Notes: generated by a model from the letters alone, not told the origin. 64,000 nt of DNA from an uncultured Nitrososphaeraceae archaeon (GCA_963837175.1 CAWIMJ010000017.1:1-64000); one strand, 5' to 3'; positions 12,805-24,505 are shown, counted from the stretch's first letter. A program made the numbers and translations.

Positions 12805-13663
12805 ATGTGTTTGTAGCTCAATCAAACAATTGATAAAGAAAATAAAGAGATAGAGATTCTTATTAAACATGAAAAGATTGTGAATCCATTAAGACAAACA
12901 GAATCAAAGTTATCTAGGCAGTTGAGCAATTAAATAAGATTGCAAACTGAATGTAATAATAAAGTTAAGAAAGACAATTTGTAGCACAAGCAAGAGATAC
13001 TGCTAAAAACTTCGAGATTAATACAGTATCCCCGATGAAGAGAATTCTTTCACATCATTTTGATTTTACAAATAGTACATCAAAAGACATTGATACAAAA
13101 AGAAAACGAGTGACAGAACTTATGGAAAGAAAGATGAATTGAAGATTAAATTGGATGAGAAACGTAAAGTATTGGAAGATTTCCAGAATCGAAAGAATAC
13201 GCTTTTTGATGAAAAAAGACTTTTAAATAAAGAACTAAAAAGGCTAATTAGTAAACTTAAACTAGAGAAGCAAATACAAAGATTAAGCTAATAGAATCAT
13301 AAACAAGAAAAAAGATTTATTATCATTACCCTCATTGTTCTTCTCATTTCTGTACAACGGGATTTTGTATATCAGGGGATCATATAGGCTAAAGAAGAGG
13401 ACAAAAAAAGAAGCTAATAATACTGGTAGAAAAATAGCCTAGATAAACTTAAGATACTAATGATAAATTAGATGCTTGCTTAAATAATGACTCATAAAGA
13501 AATTGCTGGTCAGAAAAATTTAGCCAAGCAGAGGTGTTAGTAAATAAGTCTATATGCAAGGCTCAACTTATGAATGACTAGATATCAATACCTACAATTT
13601 TAATCATTAAGATTATGTCAATAGAAATCAACCAAATGTTTTTTTTGGAATCATCCTGCTATA

Positions 13664-14190
13664 TTAATGAATATATGACTGAGTACTTTTATCAAAATTC
13701 TTTACAATTTCAAAGTTCTTCTCAAACTTATTATTTTTTTGATATAAGTTTAACTCTGGAAACACCGCCCAAGGTTCATATTTTGCTATTATAGATGCAG
13801 GATGATCTCTTCCAAATAAAGACAGGCATAGGTCATATGTCATGTTCCTGACCTGTAATTCATCTATTATGCCAAAGCTATGAAGATATTCATGACTCAG
13901 TACCATAAACAAATATGAATTATATTCTACACTAGATTTATGTGTTCTAATTATATCTAGGATCCTTCTGTTTATAATAATCATATTGGAGCCAAGGATA
14001 TGATAGGCTCCAAGATTACTTGGTAATCCCTGTAGCATTAAGCTTAATCCAGCTCTATGCATTTTGAATATAATATCAACTGCCATTTTCGCTAATTCAA
14101 ATGCCTCATCAAAGCTTTTTAGTTGTAATATCTTATTTCGATAATATTGTTGTTGTTCGTTAGTAAGGATTGACGCTTGAGGTATGATTG
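13664..14190 (-). CDS. Conserved hypothetical protein with HExxH (zincin-like) motif
   Basis: LGAYHILGSN...VLSHEYLHSFG..DE; frame extends upstream of called start (YRNKILQLKSFDEAFELAK); true start uncertain. Confidence 0.65.
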
Positions 14191-14697
14191 AATTTCTTTC
14201 TTTTCTCTGTATTCTACTCTTTCACTCTCATATAGCTATAAGAAGGTAATCACATATAAATATGATAGTTAGCCTTGTAATACTAGGTTACTATTAGGAA
14301 ACCTGGCTTTACAAAATTTGGCAGTTTAAACTAGACCTTGTGGCGAATTCTTCAGGTCTCCTAATTTCTAGCTGGTTGTACAATTTTTATCAACGTAGAC
14401 TTTAAAAATCGAAGAGATATAGGAATAGAGAAATGTGAGGAATTAAAAGAACTTCAGACAATAAAGAAAGCAACAGGAGTTACATCAATTGTAAGGCAAT
14501 TATTAACAGGATCAATATTGAATCAGCTATTATGACTTATAACTTCACTACGTTTGTATCATCATCAAGCACAGAAATTTATAGAGGAATATGCAAGTCC
14601 ATTTACTTTTCCTCAGTTGAAATATCTTACATGTGCTAAACCTTAGTTATTTAAGCTGGATATCTACTGCTATAAAGTCTCAATATGCTTTTGCCTT

Positions 14698-15207
14698 CTA
14701 TTTCTGATGTTCAAATTCTACCAGCAATTCGATATTTCTAATTTCCTTAGCAATTTTTTTTATTTTTTCAACATTCTGCAATTCAGGTTTACTTGGAGTT
14801 GAAATTATTACTCTGGTTGATTTACTTCCATCTGGAAGCCAGATCAGGTTGACCGTGAGTACCTTTGCTGGAAAAAAGAGATTTTCAATAAATCTTCTGT
14901 CTGTTGCTTCTGCCTCTACAAACCAAACTTTCCTCTGAAATTCATCCTCAAATTTCTTTATTAGTGATGAATTTGTCCGCAGAACACTAATATCTGAACC
15001 ATGGAGACTTAGAATGAAATCGTCATCTACTTGAGAAGCACGTACCATGGTAAATTTATTGACATCCTGGTTGCGTTCTGCTAGTCTACTAATTTTTATT
15101 GCTCCGTCAACATCAGCATGTGTCAAGTGTCCTAATCTTAGTTTAGTTTCACATTTCGTACATAATATAGCAGCTTTGGCATCAAAGGTACAGATAGGAG
15201 TTTTCAA
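14698..15207 (-). CDS. Archaeal NusA-like KH-domain transcription factor
   Basis: MKTPICTFDAK..ILC.KC N-terminal Zn motif and LFFP.KVLTVNLIWLPDGS signature. Confidence 0.8.
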   Translation of the reverse strand: MKTPICTFDAKAAILCTKCETKLRLGHLTHADVDGAIKISRLAERNQDVNKFTMVRASQVDDDFILSLHGSDISVLRTNSSLIKKFEDEFQRKVWFVEAEATDRRFIENLFFPAKVLTVNLIWLPDGSKSTRVIISTPSKPELQNVEKIKKIAKEIRNIELLVEFEHQK

Positions 15208-15542
15208 CGACTAATCACCTTATTGTTCAATTGCCTTAGATCAGCAAGATAACCATCATCTTGTTCTAGTTTATCTGCATGAGCTGCAATATATCGCCGT
15301 ATAATATTATCATCTCTATCAGATTGAAAGTTCCATGGGGCACCTAATACTAACTTATTGTTTCTTATCCGCATGCTTTGGCTTAATTTTCCTCCTTTAC
15401 GACAAGTCCTTATCTTTCCGTCTATACACTTTACAATAATATCTCCTCCTATAGGTTTGATAACCTGATCTAGTAAGTCACCTAGCTGGGGTAATATTAA
15501 TTCCTTTAAATGAGATTCAGTTAATACTTTTCTTTTACCTAT
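15204..15542 (-). CDS. eif1a: Translation initiation factor aIF-1A, divergent or decaying copy
   Basis: GKRKVL.ES.LKEL.LP...GGD..VKC.DGK.R.CR..GK...IR.N.LVL.APW.FQ; expected start position reads ATA. Confidence 0.75.
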   Translation of the reverse strand: MGKRKVLTESHLKELILPQLGDLLDQVIKPIGGDIIVKCIDGKIRTCRKGGKLSQSMRIRNNKLVLGAPWNFQSDRDDNIIRRYIAAHADKLEQDDGYLADLRQLNNKVISR

Positions 15543-16013
15543 TTTTAAAATTCGCCATATAATATCCACAAAATGCACTTAAAAATATATATCTGCTATA
15601 CTTTAGATAGTACTCGTATTTAGATAGAACTTGTAACATTTTTTATAAAGAAGATATTAAAATACTAGAAGACTTTTTGAATATTACATAAATTCTAATA
15701 TGTAGGATATTTAGAGCAGGTAAACGATGGTAAACCCTATTTAATAAATCATTTATTCCCAGAAGCAGAGTCAGAAGACAACAATAACAAAAAAGACAGA
15801 TATTGCAAATAAGTTCTGATGTGCTTAAAGCCGGAACTGCCAAAGACTATTAAACTTACTATGCAAAGAGGAACTTAATAAAAATACAAATACAACAACA
15901 ACATGAATAGGACGGTCATGACAGCAAAAACAGAAAGAGGAAAAACAAGAAAAGACGACGACTGTATCTATTGTACTAATCCTATCCATTACAATATACA
16001 TTATTCATATATG

Positions 16014-16646
16014 TTAATCTGTTATCCTGAATGAATCGATCATCTTTCTAATCGTTGAGCCATAATTTCCATTATTTTCTGATTCTGTACTATATTTGAG
16101 ATAATATAGTTTATTATTTTTTATTATCCAAACTTCTGTTACCTTGTATTCATCCTCACCTACTTTAAACATGTAAACTATTGTATGTGCAAGATTTCCT
16201 GCTAGTACAGTTGCATTTGACTCTATTATTTCAAAATTTGGTAAGGAGTGTTTTAAGGAATTTATTTGCGTATCAATATAGTATCCTAAAGAGTGATTAA
16301 ACATAATCTTACCAACCTGTATTATGAGATATTCTCTGAATCTATCAAGAGTGTCTTCTGATGGTGAAAGGAAAGTAACAACAATATGGCGATCATCTTC
16401 TTCAATTGCTTGGCCGAAATCTATTTTTTCCCAATTGGCAGGATATTGAATTCTAAAACCATAAATAGGATTTGTATATGTCAAAAATCCTGTTGTTTCT
16501 CTAGCAATATTCTCTGACTGTGTGTTTATTGTTTGTGCCGCTGATTGTTGACAGTTGTAGTATACGGAGAGAATACTGTTTGCAAGTAAAATAGCGAACA
16601 AGATTAAAGATCTGTGCAATGTAACATTTCTTCTCTTCCTGATCAT
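16014..16646 (-). CDS. Secreted PsbP/Mog1p-like domain protein
   Basis: N-terminal signal/TM, FLTY.NP.YGF.IQYP.NW, TVLAGN.AH.IVY, KMIDSF.I. Confidence 0.75.
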   Translation of the reverse strand: MIRKRRNVTLHRSLILFAILLANSILSVYYNCQQSAAQTINTQSENIARETTGFLTYTNPIYGFRIQYPANWEKIDFGQAIEEDDRHIVVTFLSPSEDTLDRFREYLIIQVGKIMFNHSLGYYIDTQINSLKHSLPNFEIIESNATVLAGNLAHTIVYMFKVGEDEYKVTEVWIIKNNKLYYLKYSTESENNGNYGSTIRKMIDSFRITD

Positions 16647-17138
16647 ATAGAATTTTCATCTTCTAAAGGATATATAGATAGTACTATGAAGACTGTAAAG
16701 AGAATGTCTTTTTGAGTTGTTGTAATTAAAAGATAAACTAATGGTAATATTTTATTTTGTATACTATTTTGGAGAGATTCCAACAGAATTTTTACCAATA
16801 AATATATTGAGTAGAGAGAGAAAGCATGAATCTAAAAAATAATCTACCAATCAAAGTCTTCATACATACTAGATGACATTGAAGAAGATGCATTTTTGAG
16901 TATTGAATCTTTATTTTTCATCTATAGCCCCCCTTTTGTGATCAAATTTCTATTCTCATCGATTCATGTATACGTACACATACGAGTCACATTTCCCTTT
17001 TGGATCAATAGTTCCCTCTCCTCTATACAATACTATCTTGATTCAATCTTCTTATTTCTTACACTTCCAATATTAGTATATAATATATCATCATCATCTT
17101 CTACTGTATCTCAAATCATAAATTTTTCATACTATTTA

Positions 17139-19421
17139 TTAGACTATTTGTTTTATCCTGATGCATAATGCTTCTCCCTCATGGTACAGCTCTCCAACAA
17201 CTCTGAATTCTGTGCCTCTTTTCAAGAGCTCATGTGGGCCATCATAATCATAATAGTTGAGCCGAGCATACCATTTGCCATCAACTATGACAGTTGCTAT
17301 ACCTTGGAAGATTTTTCCTATTGTTACAGCATATTCTTTACCAGAAAATTTTTTCAAGCTATCTACGATTACTACAGTGTCTTTGTTTAACCACTCTACT
17401 CTCTTCAACTTTTCAAGTTTCTTTATTGCTTCGATCAACAGCGTGTATTCAAAACCGAGATGATTGAAAAGTGTTTTAACATCAAGGCCTTTTTTTCCTG
17501 CCTTTGACAGCTCGACATGAATACGTCTCGCAACCCTCTCTACTTGTCTCTTAAAGTCGTTGGTCAATAAATCTGCTTTAACGGATAATGAAGTCTGCCT
17601 GTTGTTTTTGCCTAGTTGTTCCAATCGGTTTTTAATATCTATATCTGATAACCCATCGTACGGAATTTCGGACTCTACTCTTTTAAGTAAGCGTTGTTCT
17701 AATCTCTTTTTCTTATCCTCTATAATGAACAATTCCTCCGATGTCATAGGATTTGGTGGTACGAAAAACCTGTTGAGAGGTTTCAATATAGTATTTATAT
17801 TATTCAATGAATTCATCATCTTCTCTACACGCATTTTACTAGAGTAAAGATGACGCATATCAATAGTATCTTTAGTCGCAAGGATAATGACCGATCCAGA
17901 TGATTTTCTACCTGCCCTTCCTCTTCTCTGTATATATCTTATTTCACTTGATATCGGCTCATAGAATATGACAAGATCCACTTCCGGTATATCTAGCCCT
18001 TCTTCAGCTATAGAGGTAGCTACAAGCACATCAAAATCGCCATTTCTGAAGGATTCAAGAATAGCTACCTGTTCATTCTGCTTCATACCTTCATCTCCTA
18101 TTCTCTTTGCTTGGCCTACAAATCTAGACGTCTTTATGTCATTTTTTTCTAAAACTTCTACTATGTGTCTTGCAGTATCCCTATATTGAGTAAAAACCAA
18201 TATTTTGGAATTTGAGTTTGGACTATTACTTACATTGTTCATCGAAGAAAGATGATGATCTTTTATCAATTGTAAAAGATGTAGGATCTTTGGATGTTCC
18301 TTTATAATACCATCTACTAACGTTTTAATTTCCATCATTCGTGGGTCCTTAAGGAGGAACGTATGTGTATTGTTTCCATCCTCATTTATCCTATCTAGAA
18401 AGGCCTTTAATGAATGAGAGCCTTGACTCTCTATTAACTCAAGGCAATACATCAATGTAAGGGCAGAAGATTGATTGAGTATAGCAATATAGAGTAATCC
18501 TCTCTGCTCTTCCATTGTTAGCTCCAATTTATATCTAAGTGCTTCTCCGAGTTCAATTAAATCCTTCTTGAATATCCATTTAATACTCTTCAGAAGTAAG
18601 CCGTTCCGTATAAGCCATTTTAGTCTCTCTTCAAGCATAGATCTAAGCATTGATACAATATAACGGAATTCCTCTGGCAGATTCAGCCATTCCCACTTTA
18701 CATTTATGGCATTAACATAGGGTTTTACGTCAGGATCTTCTTCACTTCTGTATTCAATGTGTTCAATGAAGAGGTTATTACATACCTCTTGTATCCTCTT
18801 TCTTTCTGCTCCAGGACTGGCAGTCATCGCCAATATATAAGGACAAGAGGATTGGTTGATGTATTCTTTGGCTATGAAAGTATAGGCATATTCTTTTATC
18901 GCTCGGTGAGCTTCATCAAATACAAGCAAGCCAAAATCCTTCAGATTTAATCTACCTTCTTCTAGATCGTTTTTCACAACTTCAGGTGTGGCGAACACTA
19001 ATCTAATATCTGTTCTATTCCATACTGCTCTCCGTGCATATGGAAGAATCTTGCCTGTAATAGATGCTATAGTTTCTTCCGAAATTTTCAAAACTGATGA
19101 AAAAGACTTCATATGTTGTGAGACAAGCGGTCTTGTAGGAGCCATAATCAAAATTCGTTTATCTCTGTAATTGTAAAGTATGTCTGCGCCTACAAGTAAA
19201 GATATTACAGTCTTTCCTAGGGCAGTAGGAAGAATTACCATCGTATTTCTATGTTGCGCGGAATCTGCAATGTTCTTTTGATACAATCTGAGTTCTATAG
19301 AACTATTCCATATAATGGGATGTTCCAGATATTTAGTTAAAGATTCAGATTGCTCAGGATCATATTCTTGCTTAGGAAATGTTTTCAGCATAACTCTATT
19401 CTCCCATCTGGCAGTTAACAA
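17139..19421 (-). CDS. Hef/FANCM(Mph1)-type SF2 DEAH helicase, no ERCC4 nuclease domain seen
   Basis: LPTALGKT, FDEAHRA, MTASPG, FTQYRDT, RFVGQA, ATSIAEEGLDIP, IRYIQRRGRAGR. Confidence 0.9.
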   Translation of the reverse strand: MLTARWENRVMLKTFPKQEYDPEQSESLTKYLEHPIIWNSSIELRLYQKNIADSAQHRNTMVILPTALGKTVISLLVGADILYNYRDKRILIMAPTRPLVSQHMKSFSSVLKISEETIASITGKILPYARRAVWNRTDIRLVFATPEVVKNDLEEGRLNLKDFGLLVFDEAHRAIKEYAYTFIAKEYINQSSCPYILAMTASPGAERKRIQEVCNNLFIEHIEYRSEEDPDVKPYVNAINVKWEWLNLPEEFRYIVSMLRSMLEERLKWLIRNGLLLKSIKWIFKKDLIELGEALRYKLELTMEEQRGLLYIAILNQSSALTLMYCLELIESQGSHSLKAFLDRINEDGNNTHTFLLKDPRMMEIKTLVDGIIKEHPKILHLLQLIKDHHLSSMNNVSNSPNSNSKILVFTQYRDTARHIVEVLEKNDIKTSRFVGQAKRIGDEGMKQNEQVAILESFRNGDFDVLVATSIAEEGLDIPEVDLVIFYEPISSEIRYIQRRGRAGRKSSGSVIILATKDTIDMRHLYSSKMRVEKMMNSLNNINTILKPLNRFFVPPNPMTSEELFIIEDKKKRLEQRLLKRVESEIPYDGLSDIDIKNRLEQLGKNNRQTSLSVKADLLTNDFKRQVERVARRIHVELSKAGKKGLDVKTLFNHLGFEYTLLIEAIKKLEKLKRVEWLNKDTVVIVDSLKKFSGKEYAVTIGKIFQGIATVIVDGKWYARLNYYDYDGPHELLKRGTEFRVVGELYHEGEALCIRIKQIV

Positions 19422-19513
19422 TATCGTGTAAGAAGTTGTTTTCTATATGAGTCGTATTGCTTCGAATCAAAAAGTCGAACAGGTAACTCCATTTTATAAA
19501 TAATCTAGTCAAA

Positions 19514-19846
19514 TCAGATCTCGAATATATCATCTGTACCACTCTTTGTAAATGTCTTTTCAGGATTGATCTCATCCATATTCTTTGCGAGTTGAGCAAG
19601 CTTTGAATTCGAAAGTAGCCGACTTATTTCTTCTAGTTCTGAGTTAGATCTTATTACAACTCCTCTTTTCTTTGTTGCAGAGCCTGAAGAGCTTACTGGA
19701 TTGATCTCAATAGCCAGAGACGCGGGTTTTCCTCTGAACGTAGGTAGTTTAATCAGAAAAACACCTGGTATATTTGTAGCTTTTCTCTCCCAATCCTTGC
19801 CATCCTTTAGAAATTGCATTAATCTCTCATCAACAGTCATATACAT
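19514..19846 (-). CDS. Conserved archaeal hypothetical protein
   Basis: Compact 110-aa ORF (GKDWERK.TNIPGVF..KLP, EINP, KKRG), co-oriented directly upstream of the Hef-like helicase. Confidence 0.7.
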   Translation of the reverse strand: MYMTVDERLMQFLKDGKDWERKATNIPGVFLIKLPTFRGKPASLAIEINPVSSSGSATKKRGVVIRSNSELEEISRLLSNSKLAQLAKNMDEINPEKTFTKSGTDDIFEI

Positions 19847-20196
19847 ACACTCTATTCTCTAAATGAATCAATAATCTTCACCATGAGGTCAGAAAATGAT
19901 TTATTACTATCATCTGCTCTGTTCTTACTACTGCAGTCATAGTTGTCACTTGAATGTTGGATATATAGGAGTGAATAAGATGATACATTGTTGTCTTTCT
20001 CTTTACCATTGTAGACAAAATAGCGTTGCTTCCTTATAATTTAAAGAGAAAGGCACTATACTGAGGGGGGGAGGAGTAAGTGTGTGATATATGTAAATAC
20101 ATACTTTTTCTATCTGCTAATTTTTCATAAAAATTGATAGAATTTTTTTGATTTGGTAAAGATTAAAATTCTTAATTTGTTTTATATATAATATAA

Positions 20197-21645
20197 GTGC
20201 TAAACGCAAGACTTAGTTATGATAATGGCACAATATTAATAAAAGGATTAGCACACATTCCATTTGCTAGTATAGATCCTAGAACGAATTTATTGAGAGC
20301 TCCGGCTATCTATTATGCTAATATAATAGAATATTTAAAACAAAGTAGTATCGAGTATGTGGATCATGTTCTCGATCTTCTACCATCTCCACATCTAACA
20401 ATAAATTATATTAGTAATCATAAGATTAATCTCCCTTTAAGAACTTATCAACATAAAGCTCTCGGAGAGTGGACTAAAGCTGGAATGAGAGGATGTGTAG
20501 TACTTCCTACTGGATCAGGTAAGACCATTATTGGAGTAAAAGCAATAGAGACTATAAATTCAGCTTCACTTATTGTTGTGCCTACACTCGACCTTATGGA
20601 TCAATGGGCTTCTGTTCTTAGAGAATATTTTACAAATGTAAGAATTGGAAATTTAGGAGGAGGAATAGATGACATAGAGGCAATTACTATTTCCACATAC
20701 GACTCCGCTTATATACGTGCTTCAAGCCTTGGTAACAAATTTTCATTGATCATATTTGATGAGGTACATCACTTAGCTGCGCCTGGTTATAGGTCAATCG
20801 CAGAACTCATGGCATCTCCTTTCAGACTAGGACTAACTGCAACCATAGAAAGAGAAGACGGTATGCATAGGGATCTCCCAAAGCTTGTCGGAGGAATAGT
20901 GTTTATGATGTCTTCTAATGAACTTGCTGAGAAAAAACATCTAGCTCAATATGAAATTGAAAGAAGAAAGTAGAAATGCATTCAGAGACAAGTAGAAATG
21001 CATTCAGATGAAATATACCAATACAGAAAGAATTTCGAAAAGTATCAGTATTCGCTAAGAAGACTTGGGTTTAGGTTTCCCATTCGATTTGAAAAATTGG
21101 TAATGATTTCTGCTAAGAACAAAATTGCCAGAGAGGCATTGTTAGCCAGAAACAAAGCCATGGAAATAGCATTAAATAGCAGATCTAAAATAGAAGAGCT
21201 ACGAGAAATCCTTGCAGAGAATAAGGGGATTAAGACTATAATATTCACACAACATAACAGCTTAGTTTATCAAGTATCAAATACTTTCTTGATACCTTTC
21301 ATCACCTATAAAACAGGGAAAGAAGAAAGACAGGAAGTCCTGAAAGGCTTTAGAGAAGGAAGATATAATGCGATAGTTACATCCAAAGTCCTAGACGAGG
21401 GAGTAGATGTTCCAGATGCTGGACTTGGTATTATCCTCAGTGGGACAGGTAGTGGACGGGAATTTATTCAACGACTTGGAAGACTATTAAGACCAAAACC
21501 TGATGTAAAGAAGAAAGCTAAGTTAATAGAGATCATATCTGCGGATACACAAGAGATGGGCACTAGCGCAAAGAGAAAAAAGGCTCTATGCAGCGAAGGT
21601 GTGACTAATAGTAACAAAGTGGTGGAAGAATCAGGAAATAAGTGA
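20197..21645 (+). pseudogene. xpb: XPB/Rad25 (SSL2) DNA helicase, interrupted by an in-frame TAG
   Basis: LRTYQ, LPTGSGKT, FDEVHH, LGLTAT.ER.DG, VLDEGVDVPDA, QRLGR.LR; halves in the same frame with a stop inside a short tandem duplication at 20968-21008. Confidence 0.9.
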
Positions 21646-21661
21646 GACTGAATAATAAGAT

Positions 21662-23563
21662 ATGCTGCCACTTCAATTACTTAGAACAAGATTAACAGAG
21701 AAGGGAACAAACATTGTTCCGCGATTTTGTACACCCGATGATGATAGCCTATTGCAGTTAGCTGCAAAGATCATTAAAGAATTTGAAGAATCATGGAAAA
21801 ATAAAGAGAAGAAGTTGTTTCTTACTGAAAGAATTGCCCTTCTTGAATCCCAGTATAACGACTATAAGCTTGTAAGGGGATTTTATACTCTTCTTGAAAG
21901 AAGATGTATATTTTCCAAAGTCAAGGAAATGAAAACAGAGTCAAAAGGCATCATCAGTAATGTTGACATTAACAGCAATAATAACTTTCATGACCCGGTC
22001 AATATCAGGAAAGAATTATTTGAAGAATCATCAAAGAGAGGGTTTGCATTGACAGAATTTGGAAGAAGAGAAATAATTGATACAGTTGCATCTAGAATAA
22101 ACGTGCCTGCTAATGATATAATAGACGTCATGTGGAGCGATTTAGAAGAGAACCTGGTATTAGAATGGTTCGATGTATTAAGCCCCAAACAACTATTGGC
22201 TTGGTATAACTTGTCGTTAATGCAGACATTACTGTTCAATTGCACGAAACTAGAATTCTCTGTCACAGGAGGTTCAAACTGGAAGCATATATTACGTGAT
22301 ATTAAAAGACATGGGCTAATGTACAATTTACAATATAAAATAGTGGAGGATGAAAAACAAGCAATCAAGATAGATACGACAGATTCTTACAATAGGGATA
22401 TCAAGTCAATAAATATAAGTAACACAGATGAAAAGAATAATTCCATCATCATCTGCTCTTTAGATGGTCCTTTGAGTATTTTCAAATTAACTGAGAGATA
22501 TGGAACATCAATCGCAAAGATACTTCCATCAATAATTTCTACTGAAATATGGTCCCTAAAGGCATGGATTGTAAGGAAGACTATGTCTTTGGGAAAGAAA
22601 ATATATGAATTCAAAATGTCGAATAACAACGCTCCTCCTTTATCACGGGAACCATACTATAATAAAGAAAGCAATAAAGAGAGAAAGAGAACCTTATATA
22701 CTGTCAAAGAGTCGTCGCAGATTCTTTATTTTGACAGTGGCGTAGAGGAAAAGTTCTCTACCAGATTTGAGCAGTCTGCCAGTGGTTGGAAATTAATAAG
22801 GGAGCCTGATCCATTAATTTTATCTAATGGCAAGGCACTTATTCCCGACTTTGCATTTGAAAAATACGGTATAAGAATATATCTTGAGATTGTAGGTTTC
22901 TGGACTAAAGAATATCTCGAGACAAAAATACAGAAGATAGCGGATCTTACAAAATCTCTACAGACTGAAAATAACGCAGTAGACTTCTTTATAGCTGTAA
23001 ATGATGCTGGTTATGCATCCTCCAATTCTAATATTAAGGAAAAACTTGCTTGGGAGAAGATAACTTCTTCTATATCGAAGGAACGATTGATCTTTTATAA
23101 GACTGATAAAGTTCCAATCAAGCCATTTCTTGATTATTTGAAGTCTATTGACATAAAGATGATTGAAAGGATTGCTAACAACAATTCAGTAAAGTTATTG
23201 ACTGAAATTGAAGATCTTGCTTTCAATAATGCTGCTGTCATCTCCATTAATGAAATAGCAGATAAATACAACTTGCCTATTGAATCTGCCTTAAGAATTA
23301 TCACCACATCTCACAACAATGATAGTAGTATTTCTAATAACAACAGATACGTTGTAGCAGGAATGTACTTGATATCCAAATCCAAGTTAGCTGAATTTGA
23401 GTCTCTGTTTAATGGCATAACTAAATTTACAGACGCTTGTTCAATCCTTGAGCAAAACAAGATACCAGAATCTTGTCATACAGAACTTATTTCTAAGATG
23501 GGATATGATGTTCTATGGCAGAGTATGGATTGCAGCACCGCTATTATCATGAGACGCATGTAA
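21662..23563 (+). CDS. bax1: Bax1 / DUF790 family endonuclease
   Basis: MLP..LLR, YNLSL.QTLLF, LDGPLSIFK.TERYG, FDSGVEEKF, REPDPL, IPDF.F, YLEIVGFWTKEYL; directly downstream of XPB. Confidence 0.9.
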   Translation: MLPLQLLRTRLTEKGTNIVPRFCTPDDDSLLQLAAKIIKEFEESWKNKEKKLFLTERIALLESQYNDYKLVRGFYTLLERRCIFSKVKEMKTESKGIISNVDINSNNNFHDPVNIRKELFEESSKRGFALTEFGRREIIDTVASRINVPANDIIDVMWSDLEENLVLEWFDVLSPKQLLAWYNLSLMQTLLFNCTKLEFSVTGGSNWKHILRDIKRHGLMYNLQYKIVEDEKQAIKIDTTDSYNRDIKSINISNTDEKNNSIIICSLDGPLSIFKLTERYGTSIAKILPSIISTEIWSLKAWIVRKTMSLGKKIYEFKMSNNNAPPLSREPYYNKESNKERKRTLYTVKESSQILYFDSGVEEKFSTRFEQSASGWKLIREPDPLILSNGKALIPDFAFEKYGIRIYLEIVGFWTKEYLETKIQKIADLTKSLQTENNAVDFFIAVNDAGYASSNSNIKEKLAWEKITSSISKERLIFYKTDKVPIKPFLDYLKSIDIKMIERIANNNSVKLLTEIEDLAFNNAAVISINEIADKYNLPIESALRIITTSHNNDSSISNNNRYVVAGMYLISKSKLAEFESLFNGITKFTDACSILEQNKIPESCHTELISKMGYDVLWQSMDCSTAIIMRRM

Positions 23564-23689
23564 TAAGAAACTTTTTTCCAGTTTTACAATAGCAAAATAT
23601 CAAAAATAAGTACATTCAAGGATTGGAAGATCAACTCAAGAACTTAGTTGCGTACAGCTAATATGGCTATACAGCACGATGATTAGCAT

Positions 23690-24505
23690 CTAATCTAATT
23701 TCATAATTCTATTGAAGGCATTCTTCCAACCATCTGGACCTATTCCTTGAACCTTTATGATGTCTTTAATTTCAAGATTTGACCACGAATTATCTGACCT
23801 TTGAACTAGCAGTGGAATATCCATACGATTCAGCATAGAGGCATCATTTTCACTGTCGCCTACTCCAAAAAATTTAACATCATTATGATATTCTTTTCTA
23901 AAGAGATTCATCAATATATCTACTGCTTTGCCTTTATCATTACCAGCTGTCATATCAAAAAATCGTCCACCATGAATGAGCTTTAGACCCATCCCATAAG
24001 CAATTTTTATAAATCTAACTATGTCATTTTTTTTAATTCTTATGATGGTTTCGCCATATTCCCGCTGAGCCATTCTTCTTGCGTCTTCTATTGACAAACC
24101 TGTCATTTTGGCAAGTTCATTCAAAGAAACGTCTGAAACTCCTAAGAAGTCTATTTTGAATTTTTTTCTGATCTCAATTAGTTTTTTTCTGATCTCAATT
24201 GCAGGTTTTCCAAGTTCTATTATGCTATAACCTTTTTTTGCTTTAGAAAACGGCATATTAAAAGAGAAATTGAAATAGCCTTCAGGAATGATTAATGCTC
24301 CACCATTTTCCACTATAAAAGGTTCATTTAATTTTATATCTTCTCTTATCTTATTTTGTTCGGAGCAAGTTTTCGCAGAACAAAGAATAACTGGAATATT
24401 ATTTTTTTTTAAGATACGGACCAATTCTTTTGTTCCTCGATATTCTCCTGTGTTTATATCTATTAAAGTACCATCTATATCGGTAAAGATTACTTTATAC
24501 GTCAT
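23690..24505 (-). CDS. mpgP: Mannosyl-3-phosphoglycerate phosphatase (HAD-IIB)
   Basis: FTDIDGTL, CSAKT..E, PFIVENGG, A.REY.E, GGRFF, DKGKAV, GVGDSEND..ML. Confidence 0.85.
   Translation of the reverse strand: MTYKVIFTDIDGTLIDINTGEYRGTKELVRILKKNNIPVILCSAKTCSEQNKIREDIKLNEPFIVENGGALIIPEGYFNFSFNMPFSKAKKGYSIIELGKPAIEIRKKLIEIRKKFKIDFLGVSDVSLNELAKMTGLSIEDARRMAQREYGETIIRIKKNDIVRFIKIAYGMGLKLIHGGRFFDMTAGNDKGKAVDILMNLFRKEYHNDVKFFGVGDSENDASMLNRMDIPLLVQRSDNSWSNLEIKDIIKVQGIGPDGWKNAFNRIMKLD

Noticed and set aside
12830-13290. Lys/Glu-rich coiled-coil-like coding remnant
   Set aside because: Many stops and frameshifts; no family assignable
20968-20973. Pyrrolysine or programmed readthrough of the XPB TAG
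   Set aside because: The stop is explained by the local duplication; no pyl genes in the window
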